Shown: positions 1 to 7,605, counted from the stretch's first letter. The stretch is 32,000 bases of DNA from Microcystis aeruginosa NIES-843 (GCF_000010625.1 NC_010296.1:1920001-1952000), one strand, 5' to 3'. Notes: generated by a model not told the origin, from the letters alone. Translations and numbers: made by a program.

Positions 1-435
1 TTCGTTCCCTATAACCATTGGTTGAACCCTTAGGATGATACTGTCCACAACAGAGTAACGGGAATGCCTTACTGATAGTGGTATGAGCTATCAGCCCCAA
101 CTCTGTTAACTTTTGTTTCGAGCCTGTCAGCCTTTTGGCTCGTGGGTGTTGACGATGGTTAATTCGTATCTTCGCCCCAGGGCTATCCATAGGTTCTGGC
201 TCAACGGGTTTCTGATTTAGGCTATCAGATACCGCTTTTTTTTCCTCGCTCACTACCTCAGATGTACCAAGTCTAAAGCAGCAGGAAATGCCGTCACTCT
301 AGGCATCTAGAGGACAGGACTAAGGTTATTACTAACCCGCACCTGTAGGGTTATAAAGTTATCAAGGTACTACATTTACCAAGCGGCTAATCCTCTAAAC
401 GTCTTACTGTCTAGTTTCTAGCCAACGAATCGCAC
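1..435 (-). mobile_element. ORF-less group II intron, copy 1 (5' 435 nt only; continues past the left window edge)
   Basis: 1-435 is identical to 807-1241 and, apart from a T8/T10 run, to 1669-2105. On the minus strand the unit starts at 435 with GTGCGATTCG, matching the group II GUGYG 5' consensus. Confidence 0.85.
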
Positions 436-456
436 CACACCCCACACCCTACACCC
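436..456. repeat. Heptamer tract (YACACCC)x3 separating intron copies 1 and 2
   Basis: Plus strand reads cacaccc cacaccc tacaccc. The minus strand reads GGGTGTA GGGTGTG GGGTGTG directly 5' of the GTGCG of copy 1 and directly 3' of the ...CTGTAAC end of copy 2. Confidence 0.95.
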
Positions 457-1241
457 GTTACAGTAGAGCAGGAAGTCGCCTTCCCACCCCCTGCTTCAAA
501 ACCGGACTTACGACTTTCGCCGTATCCGGCTCCTGAGTAACTAGGCTACTGTCATTAGTAGAATAATAATGGGAATTATTATTTCCTTGTCTATTCAACC
601 CTCTTGGCTGTATCCCCACCAGACAAGATTGTTGGTTTTAGGGCGTATATGACCGTTGATTGTTGCTTAGACTTCCTAGTTACCCGTCCTTTGTCAGCAT
701 ATCTTTGATATTACTCAAAGCCTTGGCTTTTAAGGACATCCTCTCCCTCTATTGACTTGCGGATGGTTTCCTACTGCCCCGAACGGGCAGAGTCAATCAG
801 GGTTACTTCGTTCCCTATAACCATTGGTTGAACCCTTAGGATGATACTGTCCACAACAGAGTAACGGGAATGCCTTACTGATAGTGGTATGAGCTATCAG
901 CCCCAACTCTGTTAACTTTTGTTTCGAGCCTGTCAGCCTTTTGGCTCGTGGGTGTTGACGATGGTTAATTCGTATCTTCGCCCCAGGGCTATCCATAGGT
1001 TCTGGCTCAACGGGTTTCTGATTTAGGCTATCAGATACCGCTTTTTTTTCCTCGCTCACTACCTCAGATGTACCAAGTCTAAAGCAGCAGGAAATGCCGT
1101 CACTCTAGGCATCTAGAGGACAGGACTAAGGTTATTACTAACCCGCACCTGTAGGGTTATAAAGTTATCAAGGTACTACATTTACCAAGCGGCTAATCCT
1201 CTAAACGTCTTACTGTCTAGTTTCTAGCCAACGAATCGCAC
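457..1241 (-). mobile_element. ORF-less group II intron, copy 2 (complete, 785 nt)
   Basis: On the minus strand the 5' GTGCG is at 1241-1237 and domain V is at 532-499. Domain VI is a ~15-bp helix (GCAGGGGGUGGGAAG / CUUCCUGCUCU-A-CUGU) with a GCGA loop and a bulged A 8 nt from the 3' end. The 3' end ...CUACUGUAAC lies at 457. The position expected for domain IV holds only a small AU hairpin (562-583), and no RT/maturase ORF is present. Confidence 0.88.
499..532 (-). other. Group II intron domain V (copy 2)
   Basis: Minus strand reads GAGCCGGAU-ACGGC-GAAA-GUCGU-AA-GUCCGGUUU. It has a 9-bp lower helix containing the AGC triad, a 2-nt bulge, a 5-bp upper helix and a GNRA tetraloop. The architecture matches the canonical 34-nt DV. 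Confidence 0.9.
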
Positions 1242-1318
1242 CACACCCCACACCCTACACCCCACACCCTACACCCTACACCCCACACCCCACACCCTAC
1301 ACCCCACACCCTACACCC
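1242..1318. repeat. Heptamer tract (YACACCC)x11 separating intron copies 2 and 3
   Basis: 77 nt parse exactly into 11 heptamers: cacaccc cacaccc tacaccc cacaccc tacaccc tacaccc cacaccc cacaccc tacaccc cacaccc tacaccc. Confidence 0.95.
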
Positions 1319-2105
1319 GTTACAGTAGAGCAGGAAGTCGCCTTCCCACCCCCTGCTTCAAAACCGGACTTACGACTTTCGCCGTATCCGGCTCCTGAGT
1401 AACTAGGCTACTGTCATTAGTAGAATAATAATGGGAATTATTATTTCCTTGTCTATTCAACCCTCTTGGCTGTATCCCCACCAGACAAGATTGTTGGTTT
1501 TAGGGCGTATATGACCGTTGATTGTTGCTTAGACTTCCTAGTTACCCGTCCTTTGTCAGCATATCTTTGATATTACTCAAAGCCTTGGCTTTTAAGGACA
1601 TCCTCTCCCTCTATTGACTTGCGGATGGTTTCCTACTGCCCCGAACGGGCAGAGTCAATCAGGGTTACTTCGTTCCCTATAACCATTGGTTGAACCCTTA
1701 GGATGATACTGTCCACAACAGAGTAACGGGAATGCCTTACTGATAGTGGTATGAGCTATCAGCCCCAACTCTGTTAACTTTTGTTTCGAGCCTGTCAGCC
1801 TTTTGGCTCGTGGGTGTTGACGATGGTTAATTCGTATCTTCGCCCCAGGGCTATCCATAGGTTCTGGCTCAACGGGTTTCTGATTTAGGCTATCAGATAC
1901 CGCTTTTTTTTTTCCTCGCTCACTACCTCAGATGTACCAAGTCTAAAGCAGCAGGAAATGCCGTCACTCTAGGCATCTAGAGGACAGGACTAAGGTTATT
2001 ACTAACCCGCACCTGTAGGGTTATAAAGTTATCAAGGTACTACATTTACCAAGCGGCTAATCCTCTAAACGTCTTACTGTCTAGTTTCTAGCCAACGAAT
2101 CGCAC
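1319..2105 (-). mobile_element. ORF-less group II intron, copy 3 (complete, 787 nt)
   Basis: Same sequence as copy 2 except T10 instead of T8 at about 1904-1913. The 5' GTGCG is at 2105-2101, DV at 1394-1361 and the 3' end at 1319. Confidence 0.88.
1361..1394 (-). other. Group II intron domain V (copy 3)
   Basis: Identical 34-nt DV sequence to 499-532. Confidence 0.9.
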
Positions 2106-2158
2106 CACACCCCACACCCTACACCCAAGAAAAACTTTTTGCCTTTTGCCGCAAACCC
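2106..2158 (+). mobile_element. Right-arm fragment of the ~214-bp MITE family, host of the intron array
   Basis: Three heptamers are followed by aagaaaaactttttgccttttgccgcaaaccc. This matches the heptamer-proximal arm of the copies at 4224-4437 and 31766-31866. It is followed by TAATTA (2159-2164), which fits the TAWNTA flank seen at intact copies. Confidence 0.75.
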
Positions 2159-2161
2159 TAA

Positions 2162-2839
2162 TTAGGGCAGCCATTCCAGTAAAATTCCTAGGGAGCTATC
2201 TTTACGGGCGCGGGAATTTTGGGCTTGAATATCGGCGGCTAAACGTAAATTAGAGGTAATCGCATAACCAACCGAAAGAGTAGTCAATCCCACCTCGTTA
2301 GCACCCCCCGGTGAGATAAAACTCTGACTGACGGTGATATCTGCTGCCCCCGTGCGAGAAAGGGCTAATTTGAGCTTTAATCCTAAGTTAAGCCCATCGG
2401 TGCTGTAATTTCCTGTCTGAATGTAACGATAGCCCACCATGGGAGCCAGATTGACATAATCACCCAAAGGGAGGAGATAGTATTGTAAATTTGCTCCTAT
2501 TGCCGTCCTTTTGCCGTTAAAAGCCGTCTGATAATCGCCGCTTAGGGTTAAACTGGTTTGACCGAAAAACACATCTTCTACCCCCAAAATCACGCCACTG
2601 GAATTATCGGTAGAAGGAAACTCTGCATATCCTAAACGGATACGAGTGCGAAAACTAGGATCGCGGCGAATATCTTCGGCGATATCGGGTATTTTTTCTA
2701 ACCAACGCTCTAAAACTGGGCTTTCTTGCCGAATTTTCGGGTCTAAGTCTAACTCCGTTTCTGCCCACACCGGACCAATCGCCCCCCATAATAAACCAAG
2801 AGCGATCGCATTTACAGAACAGCAAGAGAGCTTAAACAT
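2162..2839 (-). CDS. Hypothetical secreted protein, possibly an outer-membrane beta-barrel
   Basis: ORF track 2162..2857. The start is moved to the ATG at 2839, giving MFKLSCCSVNAIALGLLWGAIGPVWA-ETE, a signal-peptide-like N-terminus. The body has alternating hydrophobic/polar beta-strand-like segments (LGLKLKLALS, LTTLSVGYAITSNLRLAADIQ). No family was recognised. Confidence 0.6.
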   Translation of the reverse strand: MFKLSCCSVNAIALGLLWGAIGPVWAETELDLDPKIRQESPVLERWLEKIPDIAEDIRRDPSFRTRIRLGYAEFPSTDNSSGVILGVEDVFFGQTSLTLSGDYQTAFNGKRTAIGANLQYYLLPLGDYVNLAPMVGYRYIQTGNYSTDGLNLGLKLKLALSRTGAADITVSQSFISPGGANEVGLTTLSVGYAITSNLRLAADIQAQNSRARKDSSLGILLEWLP

Positions 2840-2915
2840 GATCTGCATTATAATCAAAAAAGATTCAGATTCCCCGCTATTCTTGAGAGGACGGGGGGCA
2901 GTAGGAGCAGCAATA

Positions 2916-4220
2916 GTGGTTAGAATATTAAAACTTTCGCAATTAAGTAGCGCAGAACGGGCAAAACTTCAGAAAAGAGCCGAGTTAGATATTGATAACG
3001 CCCTCAAAGTCGCTCAAACGGTCATAGAAACCATCCGCGAACGGGGGGATGCCGGCGTTGTGGACTATGTGCGGCGTTTTGACTACGAAGGTGCGACGGT
3101 AGAAAATATCAAAGTCAGCGAGGCAGAATTTGAGCGGGCTTTTCATTTAATTGAACCGGAAGTAAAAACTGCCATTGAACAGGCTTTCCGGAATATTCAA
3201 GAGGTACATCGTCGCCAAATGCCAGAAGAAACACTACTGGCAGAAATTGAAACCGGTGTCTTTGCCGGCGAAAAAATCTCTCCTATCCCCAATGTGGGTT
3301 TATACGTTCCCCGGGGCCGCGGTGCTTTTCCCTCGATGATGTTAATGTTAGCCATCCCGGCAATGGTGGCAGGAGTGGAAAGAGTTGTCGTTTGCACTCC
3401 CCCCGATAAACAGGGCAACGTGGAACCCGTTTCTCTGGTGGCGGCGCAGATGGCTGGAGTCAGAGAAATTTATAAATTAGGGGGCGTACAAGCGATCGCC
3501 GCTTTGGCTTTGGGAACAAAAAATATCAAAAGGGTTGACAAAATTACCGGTCCGTGCAGCGTCTATGGGGCGGCGGCCAAGCGGTTACTGTTCGGTACTG
3601 TGGATGTGGGTTTGCCGGCCGGTCCAAGTGAGTCGATAGTTTTGGCCGATGAGTCCACCGATGCCCGTTTAGCGGCCTTGGATTTATTAATTGAAGCGGA
3701 ACACGGGGCGGATTCGGCGGCTTTATTAGTCACCCACTGTGAAGATTTGGCGATCGCTGCTAGTGAATATGCACAGGAATACCTGCAAAAACTCCCGGAT
3801 TGGCGACGGGAATTCTGTGAGGCGGGTTTAGCCGCCTATGGGGGCATAATTTTAACCGATAGTTTGCAGCAATCCCTCGATTTTGTCAATGAGTACGCCC
3901 CGGAACATCTAGAGGTTTTAGTTAGTAATCCTTTTGCCATTCTGGGCAAGATTAAAAATGCTGGCGAAATTCTCCTGGGAAATCATACTCCTTCCTCTAT
4001 GGCTACCTACGCCATCGGAGTCAATGCTGTGCTGCCGACGGGAAGTTTTGCCCGTTCCTATTCGGCGGTTTCGGTTTATGATTTTCTCAAGCGCTCCACT
4101 TTGGCTTATGTCACCCCTGAAGGCTTTGAAAAGTTAAAAGAAACCACGAAAACTTTAGCCGAGTACGAAGGTTTTCCCGCCCATAAATTAGCAATTCAAC
4201 ACAGGGAAATTTTACTCTAA
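2916..4220 (+). CDS. hisD: Histidinol dehydrogenase
   Basis: Frame of ORF 2646..4220. Family-typical motifs are GGVQAIAALALGT, PAGPSESIVLADE, LIEAEHGADSAA and NEYAPEHLEV. The start is set to the in-frame GTG at 2916 (VVRILKLSQ...), giving ~434 aa. The upstream part of the ORF overlaps the divergent gene and has no HisD-like sequence. Confidence 0.85.
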   Translation: MVRILKLSQLSSAERAKLQKRAELDIDNALKVAQTVIETIRERGDAGVVDYVRRFDYEGATVENIKVSEAEFERAFHLIEPEVKTAIEQAFRNIQEVHRRQMPEETLLAEIETGVFAGEKISPIPNVGLYVPRGRGAFPSMMLMLAIPAMVAGVERVVVCTPPDKQGNVEPVSLVAAQMAGVREIYKLGGVQAIAALALGTKNIKRVDKITGPCSVYGAAAKRLLFGTVDVGLPAGPSESIVLADESTDARLAALDLLIEAEHGADSAALLVTHCEDLAIAASEYAQEYLQKLPDWRREFCEAGLAAYGGIILTDSLQQSLDFVNEYAPEHLEVLVSNPFAILGKIKNAGEILLGNHTPSSMATYAIGVNAVLPTGSFARSYSAVSVYDFLKRSTLAYVTPEGFEKLKETTKTLAEYEGFPAHKLAIQHREILL

Positions 4221-4223
4221 ATA

Positions 4224-4437
4224 GGGTTTGCGGCAAAAAGTTTTTCGTGGGGGCAGGGTGTGGGGTGTGGGGTGTGGGGTGTAGGGTTTTACCGATTTTC
4301 ATCTGGTCAATTACCTAATTTTCAGGGAAAAAGTACCTGAATTTTCCCCCCGCTCACTCCCACGGCCGGTACTTTTGGATTGACAAAAAGTCTAAAAGTC
4401 TTATCCAGCAAGGTTTTTAGATTTATTCAGCAAGCCC
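4224..4437 (-). mobile_element. MITE-like element, intact copy A (214 bp)
   Basis: Ends are GGGTTTGCGG... and ...CAAGCCC (imperfect TIR). It is flanked by the direct repeat TAAATA at 4218-4223 and 4438-4443; the left copy contains the hisD TAA stop. The internal heptamer tract lies at 4256-4290, G-rich on the plus strand. Confidence 0.85.
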
Positions 4438-4763
4438 TAAATACAGGGAATAGGAAACGGGGAATAACTTAGATATGTAGGCAAGCTTATTTTTTAAATT
4501 CAGTACAGCTGGTTCTTCGTTACTTGGTATGGTTCGATAGGGGGGCATAAATCGACTAAATCCTTATCTGGCAAGAGACTTAATTGATTAGTTCGCTCTA
4601 GATAAAAAACAATTGACAAAAATCGCTAAATGCCTTTCTATATAAGGGTTCCATCCCTTACAACCCCCCTCTATTGCATAACACAAACCGAAGAGCCATC
4701 CTCCTCCTGTTGCGGAAAAATTAAGAAAGTTAAGGCAACAAAGAAAAGCAGTCAAACAAGTAA

Positions 4764-4871
4764 ATGAGTCTGAAATATCTCTTAGATGAAAATGTTGATC
4801 CTCTCTATGGGACTCAACTAAGAAGACTCAAGCCTGATTTAGTTATTAGAGTCATTAAATCTGTTGAGTAA
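4764..4871 (+). pseudogene. Truncated toxin-like ORF (35 aa, N-terminus MSLKYLLDENVDP resembles DUF5615/Mut7-C-type PIN-like proteins)
   Basis: Manual translation gives MSLKYLLDENVDPLYGTQLRRLKPDLVIRVIKSVE*. The LLDEN motif is typical of that family, but full-length members are about 110 aa. An upstream short frame ends in an ATGA overlap at 4764-4767. It looks like a decayed TA pair. Confidence 0.3.
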
Positions 4872-4876
4872 CGCAC

Positions 4877-4909
4877 AGAAAACGGGTTTCTCCGAGAAAC
4901 CCGTTTTCT
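4877..4909. terminator. Perfect 16-bp palindrome, probable bidirectional terminator
   Basis: AGAAAACGGGTTTCTC-c-GAGAAACCCGTTTTCT lies between the convergent 4764-4871 (+) and 4949-5200 (-) ORFs. Confidence 0.55.
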
Positions 4910-4948
4910 ACTCATGCAAGAGGCAAAGGGGGAATAAATAATCAGTCT

Positions 4949-5200
4949 TTAATAACCGGATTTAGTATCACGGGTCGCTTGCATGATGTCGTTGGTTGTT
5001 AGACGGCTAGTTGCTTTGCCACGGATAGCGGCAATCAGTTGCTTTCCCCGGCTTAGGGTTCTAGGCTTGCGAATTTGCAAGATATCCCCAATCACTTCCA
5101 GCTGGATTTCTGTACCGGGTAACAACCCAAGCTTTTCTTGAATATCAGGGGGAATAGTGATTTGTCCGTTAGGGCTAATTTTCATGGTGTTTTTCTGCAT
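4949..5200 (-). CDS. AbrB/MazE/SpoVT-family antitoxin-like DNA-binding protein (orphan)
   Basis: ORF track. MKISPNGQITIPPDIQEKLGLLPGTEIQLEV is the typical swapped-hairpin AbrB-domain signature. An alternative ATG start exists at 5185. No toxin ORF follows it on the minus strand. Confidence 0.7.
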   Translation of the reverse strand: MQKNTMKISPNGQITIPPDIQEKLGLLPGTEIQLEVIGDILQIRKPRTLSRGKQLIAAIRGKATSRLTTNDIMQATRDTKSGY

Positions 5201-5338
5201 ATACTAACAAATAATCGGAAGATTCAGTGCCACTGGCTGCTTGACCCCCCCCAAACGTTTACCTGGGAATAACTCTGATTTATTATCCTGTATCCTATCT
5301 GGTACTATGATAAGAGCAGAGAATCAGGCAAGCATTTT

Positions 5339-5674
5339 ATGAAAAAAGTAATTGTTATTTTAATTCTGGGTTTTCTGAGCGAACAAATATCAATAAAATC
5401 ACCAATTTCTGGCAATCAAACCCTCAATAATTTAGCCGTAGCTAACAACAATAATCGTCCCACTCCCCAGAAAAAACCTAGTCCTTCTCCACAGTTTCGG
5501 TGCGATGGTAGAACTCACTGTTCCCAGATGACCTCCTGTGCAGAAGCGACTTTTTTCTTGAGAAATTGCCCCAATGTCAAAATGGATGGAGACGGTGATG
5601 GAGTTCCCTGTGAAAGTCAATGGTGTGGAAAAAAATCCTCAGAAAAATGTTTGGAAAGTTCTCAAAATAACTAA
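5339..5674 (+). CDS. Excalibur calcium-binding domain protein, secreted
   Basis: ORF track. It has an N-terminal hydrophobic signal. CSQMTSCAEATFFLRNCPNVKMDGDGDGVPCESQWC matches the Excalibur pattern (C..C.EA...L.....LDGDGDG.PCE..C). Confidence 0.7.
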   Translation: MKKVIVILILGFLSEQISIKSPISGNQTLNNLAVANNNNRPTPQKKPSPSPQFRCDGRTHCSQMTSCAEATFFLRNCPNVKMDGDGDGVPCESQWCGKKSSEKCLESSQNN

Positions 5675-5687
5675 TTTTGGTTCCTCA

Positions 5688-5716
5688 CCCCAATTCTCTC
5701 ATTTAAAGAATCGGGG
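5688..5716. terminator. Hairpin between convergent genes
   Basis: CCCCAATTCT-ctcatttaa-AGAATCGGGG (9/10 bp) lies between the stops at 5674 (+) and 5726 (-). Confidence 0.45.
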
Positions 5717-5725
5717 TAGAAACAA

Positions 5726-6799
5726 TTAAGAAGCAGTAATCACGGGAGAATTAAGATATTGATAATTCCAGTCCGATTGTTGCCAAACGCGACCATCAAG
5801 GGCAATTTGTTCGATTAAACTAGCTAATCGTAAAGCTTTTAAAGCTTGTTCCCCACCGACAGAAGGTTGGTCCCCACCGCGCACACAATGAACAAAATGT
5901 TCTAATTCCGCGTGTAGAGGTTCAATATTGCTGGTATAAACTTTTTCAATTAAACCATCTTGACGGTAGAGAACTTGACCGTAATCGGTGCTATAGTTAG
6001 CGGTGGTTTGCCGGTGAATGAGGATTTCATTATTGAGAAAATCCGCTTCCGTGAGAGAATTTTTACAGTGGGCTGCTAAACGGCGAATCTTGCGATGAGT
6101 CACCTTACTAGCGGTTAAATTAGCCACTACTCCATTACTAAAACCAAGGGTTGCAGTGACATAATCGAGATAACCGGAATCAGTGGCAGCGCGACTACCA
6201 CTAGCGGTTAATTTCACCACGGGAGCGGAGACTAATTCTAAAATTAAATCTATATCGTGGATCATTAAATCTAACACCACCGACACATCATTAGCGCGTT
6301 GGGAATAGGGACTCATGCGATGGGATTCAATCGCTAAAATCTCCTCGGTTTTCAAGACCTTCGATAACTCTTGGAAAGCGGGATTAAAACGCTCGATATG
6401 ACCCACTTGCAGAATACAATCGTGATCGGCTGCCGCATTGACTAAAGATTCCGCTTCACTAATACTAGCGGCGATCGGTTTCTCGATCAAGGTATGTACT
6501 CCCCCTTGCAGACAGTCCATCCCGACTCGATGGTGTAACCGCGTGGGGACAGCGATACAAACCGCATCTACCCTAGGTAAGAGATCTAAATAATTTTCAA
6601 AAAAACGGACTCGGTATTTACTGGCAGTTTCCAGTCCCTTTTCGACGTTGACATCGGCCACCCCGACGAATTCCACGTCTTTTAATAAACTCAGGATGCG
6701 ACTATGGTGTTGTCCCATGTTACCGACCCCGATAATCCCGACTTTAATCGGTTTGAGTTGATTTCTGTTACCCGGAAAGTTTGCTGGTTGATTGGACAT
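5726..6799 (-). CDS. Gfo/Idh/MocA family NAD(P)-dependent oxidoreductase
   Basis: ORF track 5726..6853. KVGIIGVGNMGQHHSRIL is a Rossmann motif, and an EKP motif (LIEKPIA) is present. The start is moved to the ATG at 6799 (MSNQPANF...), preceded by AGGAG. The track start is a TTG 18 codons upstream. Confidence 0.8.
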   Translation of the reverse strand: MSNQPANFPGNRNQLKPIKVGIIGVGNMGQHHSRILSLLKDVEFVGVADVNVEKGLETASKYRVRFFENYLDLLPRVDAVCIAVPTRLHHRVGMDCLQGGVHTLIEKPIAASISEAESLVNAAADHDCILQVGHIERFNPAFQELSKVLKTEEILAIESHRMSPYSQRANDVSVVLDLMIHDIDLILELVSAPVVKLTASGSRAATDSGYLDYVTATLGFSNGVVANLTASKVTHRKIRRLAAHCKNSLTEADFLNNEILIHRQTTANYSTDYGQVLYRQDGLIEKVYTSNIEPLHAELEHFVHCVRGGDQPSVGGEQALKALRLASLIEQIALDGRVWQQSDWNYQYLNSPVITAS

Positions 6800-7032
6800 G
6801 AATTTTAGACTCCTGTGTTCACACTCCCCACACCACTTGATTAGATTAATCAAGCTGATTTTGTCGATTAATTACCAAGATGGTATCATGGTTATCCAGA
6901 TTCTGACACGATGTCGGTGTCAATGGGAGTTCTGAGAAGATTTTCTGATTTCATCTCGCGGTTTTTACTCCCACATGCTTATCAAAACATCGTCCCTTAG
7001 TAGCGAGGACTACATTCAGCTAAATTTTAACT

Positions 7033-7605
7033 ATGGACAATTCAACGGATTTTAACTCCTTACGGGGATTAAGTGTTTTTTTGCTAGGAATGATGGGATC
7101 TGGCAAATCCACCCTGGGAGAGTTGCTTTCCCGACGGTTACAATATCGTTTTTTTGATACAGATATATTAATAGAAAGGGTCGCGGGAAAGAAAATCAGG
7201 GAAATTTTTGTCGACGAGGGAGAAGCGACTTTTCGGGAGTTAGAAACCCAAGTTTTAGCCGAATTATCCTCTCTGACTAAAACTGTGATTGCCACCGGGG
7301 GAGGGATGGTTTTAAAACCGATGAATTGGAGTTATCTTCGTCACGGTTTAATGATTTGGTTAGATGTTCCCCTAGAAATCTTGGTTAAACGTTTAAAACA
7401 AGATACCTCTCGTCCCTTGCTTCAGTCCACTGATTTAGACAGTAAACTGGAATTATTATTAGAACAAAGACGAGGACTTTATGCAGAAGCAGATCTTCGG
7501 ATTGTTGTTTCTGACCTAGATACACCTACTGATATCGTTGAGAAAATTTTAACAGCAATACCGACGGTGATTAAAGATTTTCATCCAGAAAGGGATCATA
7601 ACTAA
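7033..7605 (+). CDS. aroK: Shikimate kinase
   Basis: ORF track. It has the P-loop GMMGSGKST, DTD, REIF..GE..FRELE and TGGG motifs, and the size (190 aa) is typical. Confidence 0.9.
   Translation: MDNSTDFNSLRGLSVFLLGMMGSGKSTLGELLSRRLQYRFFDTDILIERVAGKKIREIFVDEGEATFRELETQVLAELSSLTKTVIATGGGMVLKPMNWSYLRHGLMIWLDVPLEILVKRLKQDTSRPLLQSTDLDSKLELLLEQRRGLYAEADLRIVVSDLDTPTDIVEKILTAIPTVIKDFHPERDHN

Noticed and set aside
793-1059. 88-aa minus-strand ORF (and its 67-aa counterpart at 1655-1858) inside the tandem repeat
   Set aside because: Both lie within domain I of the group II intron RNA. The two copies differ in length only because a T8/T10 homopolymer shifts the frame, so there is no coding constraint. 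The peptide has no RT/maturase or other recognisable motifs.
1-2105. Reading the 806/862-bp tandem repeat as a satellite or a duplicated protein-coding gene
   Set aside because: The unit has precise group II intron boundaries (GUGCG ... AAC) and canonical DV/DVI. The period difference is explained exactly by 8 extra heptamers. No convincing ORF spans a unit.
2646-2915. N-terminal 90 codons of the 524-aa ORF containing hisD
   Set aside because: This part overlaps the divergent gene 2162-2839 on the other strand and has low-complexity, non-HisD sequence. HisD homology-like motifs begin just after the GTG at 2916, which gives the expected ~434 aa.
4111-4302. 63-aa minus-strand ORF (MKIGKTLHPTPHTPHPAPTK...), and similarly 31651-31863
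   Set aside because: Both are read through the MITE heptamer tract, giving the repetitive HPTPHT / WGVGCRVWGVG peptides, and overlap neighbouring real genes. They are artefacts of the repeat.
6800-6853. 18-codon TTG-initiated extension of the Gfo/Idh/MocA ORF
   Set aside because: The ATG at 6799 is preceded by an AGGAG Shine-Dalgarno sequence and places the Rossmann GxGxxG at the usual distance from the N-terminus. The extension (MINLIKWCGECEHRSLKF) looks non-native.
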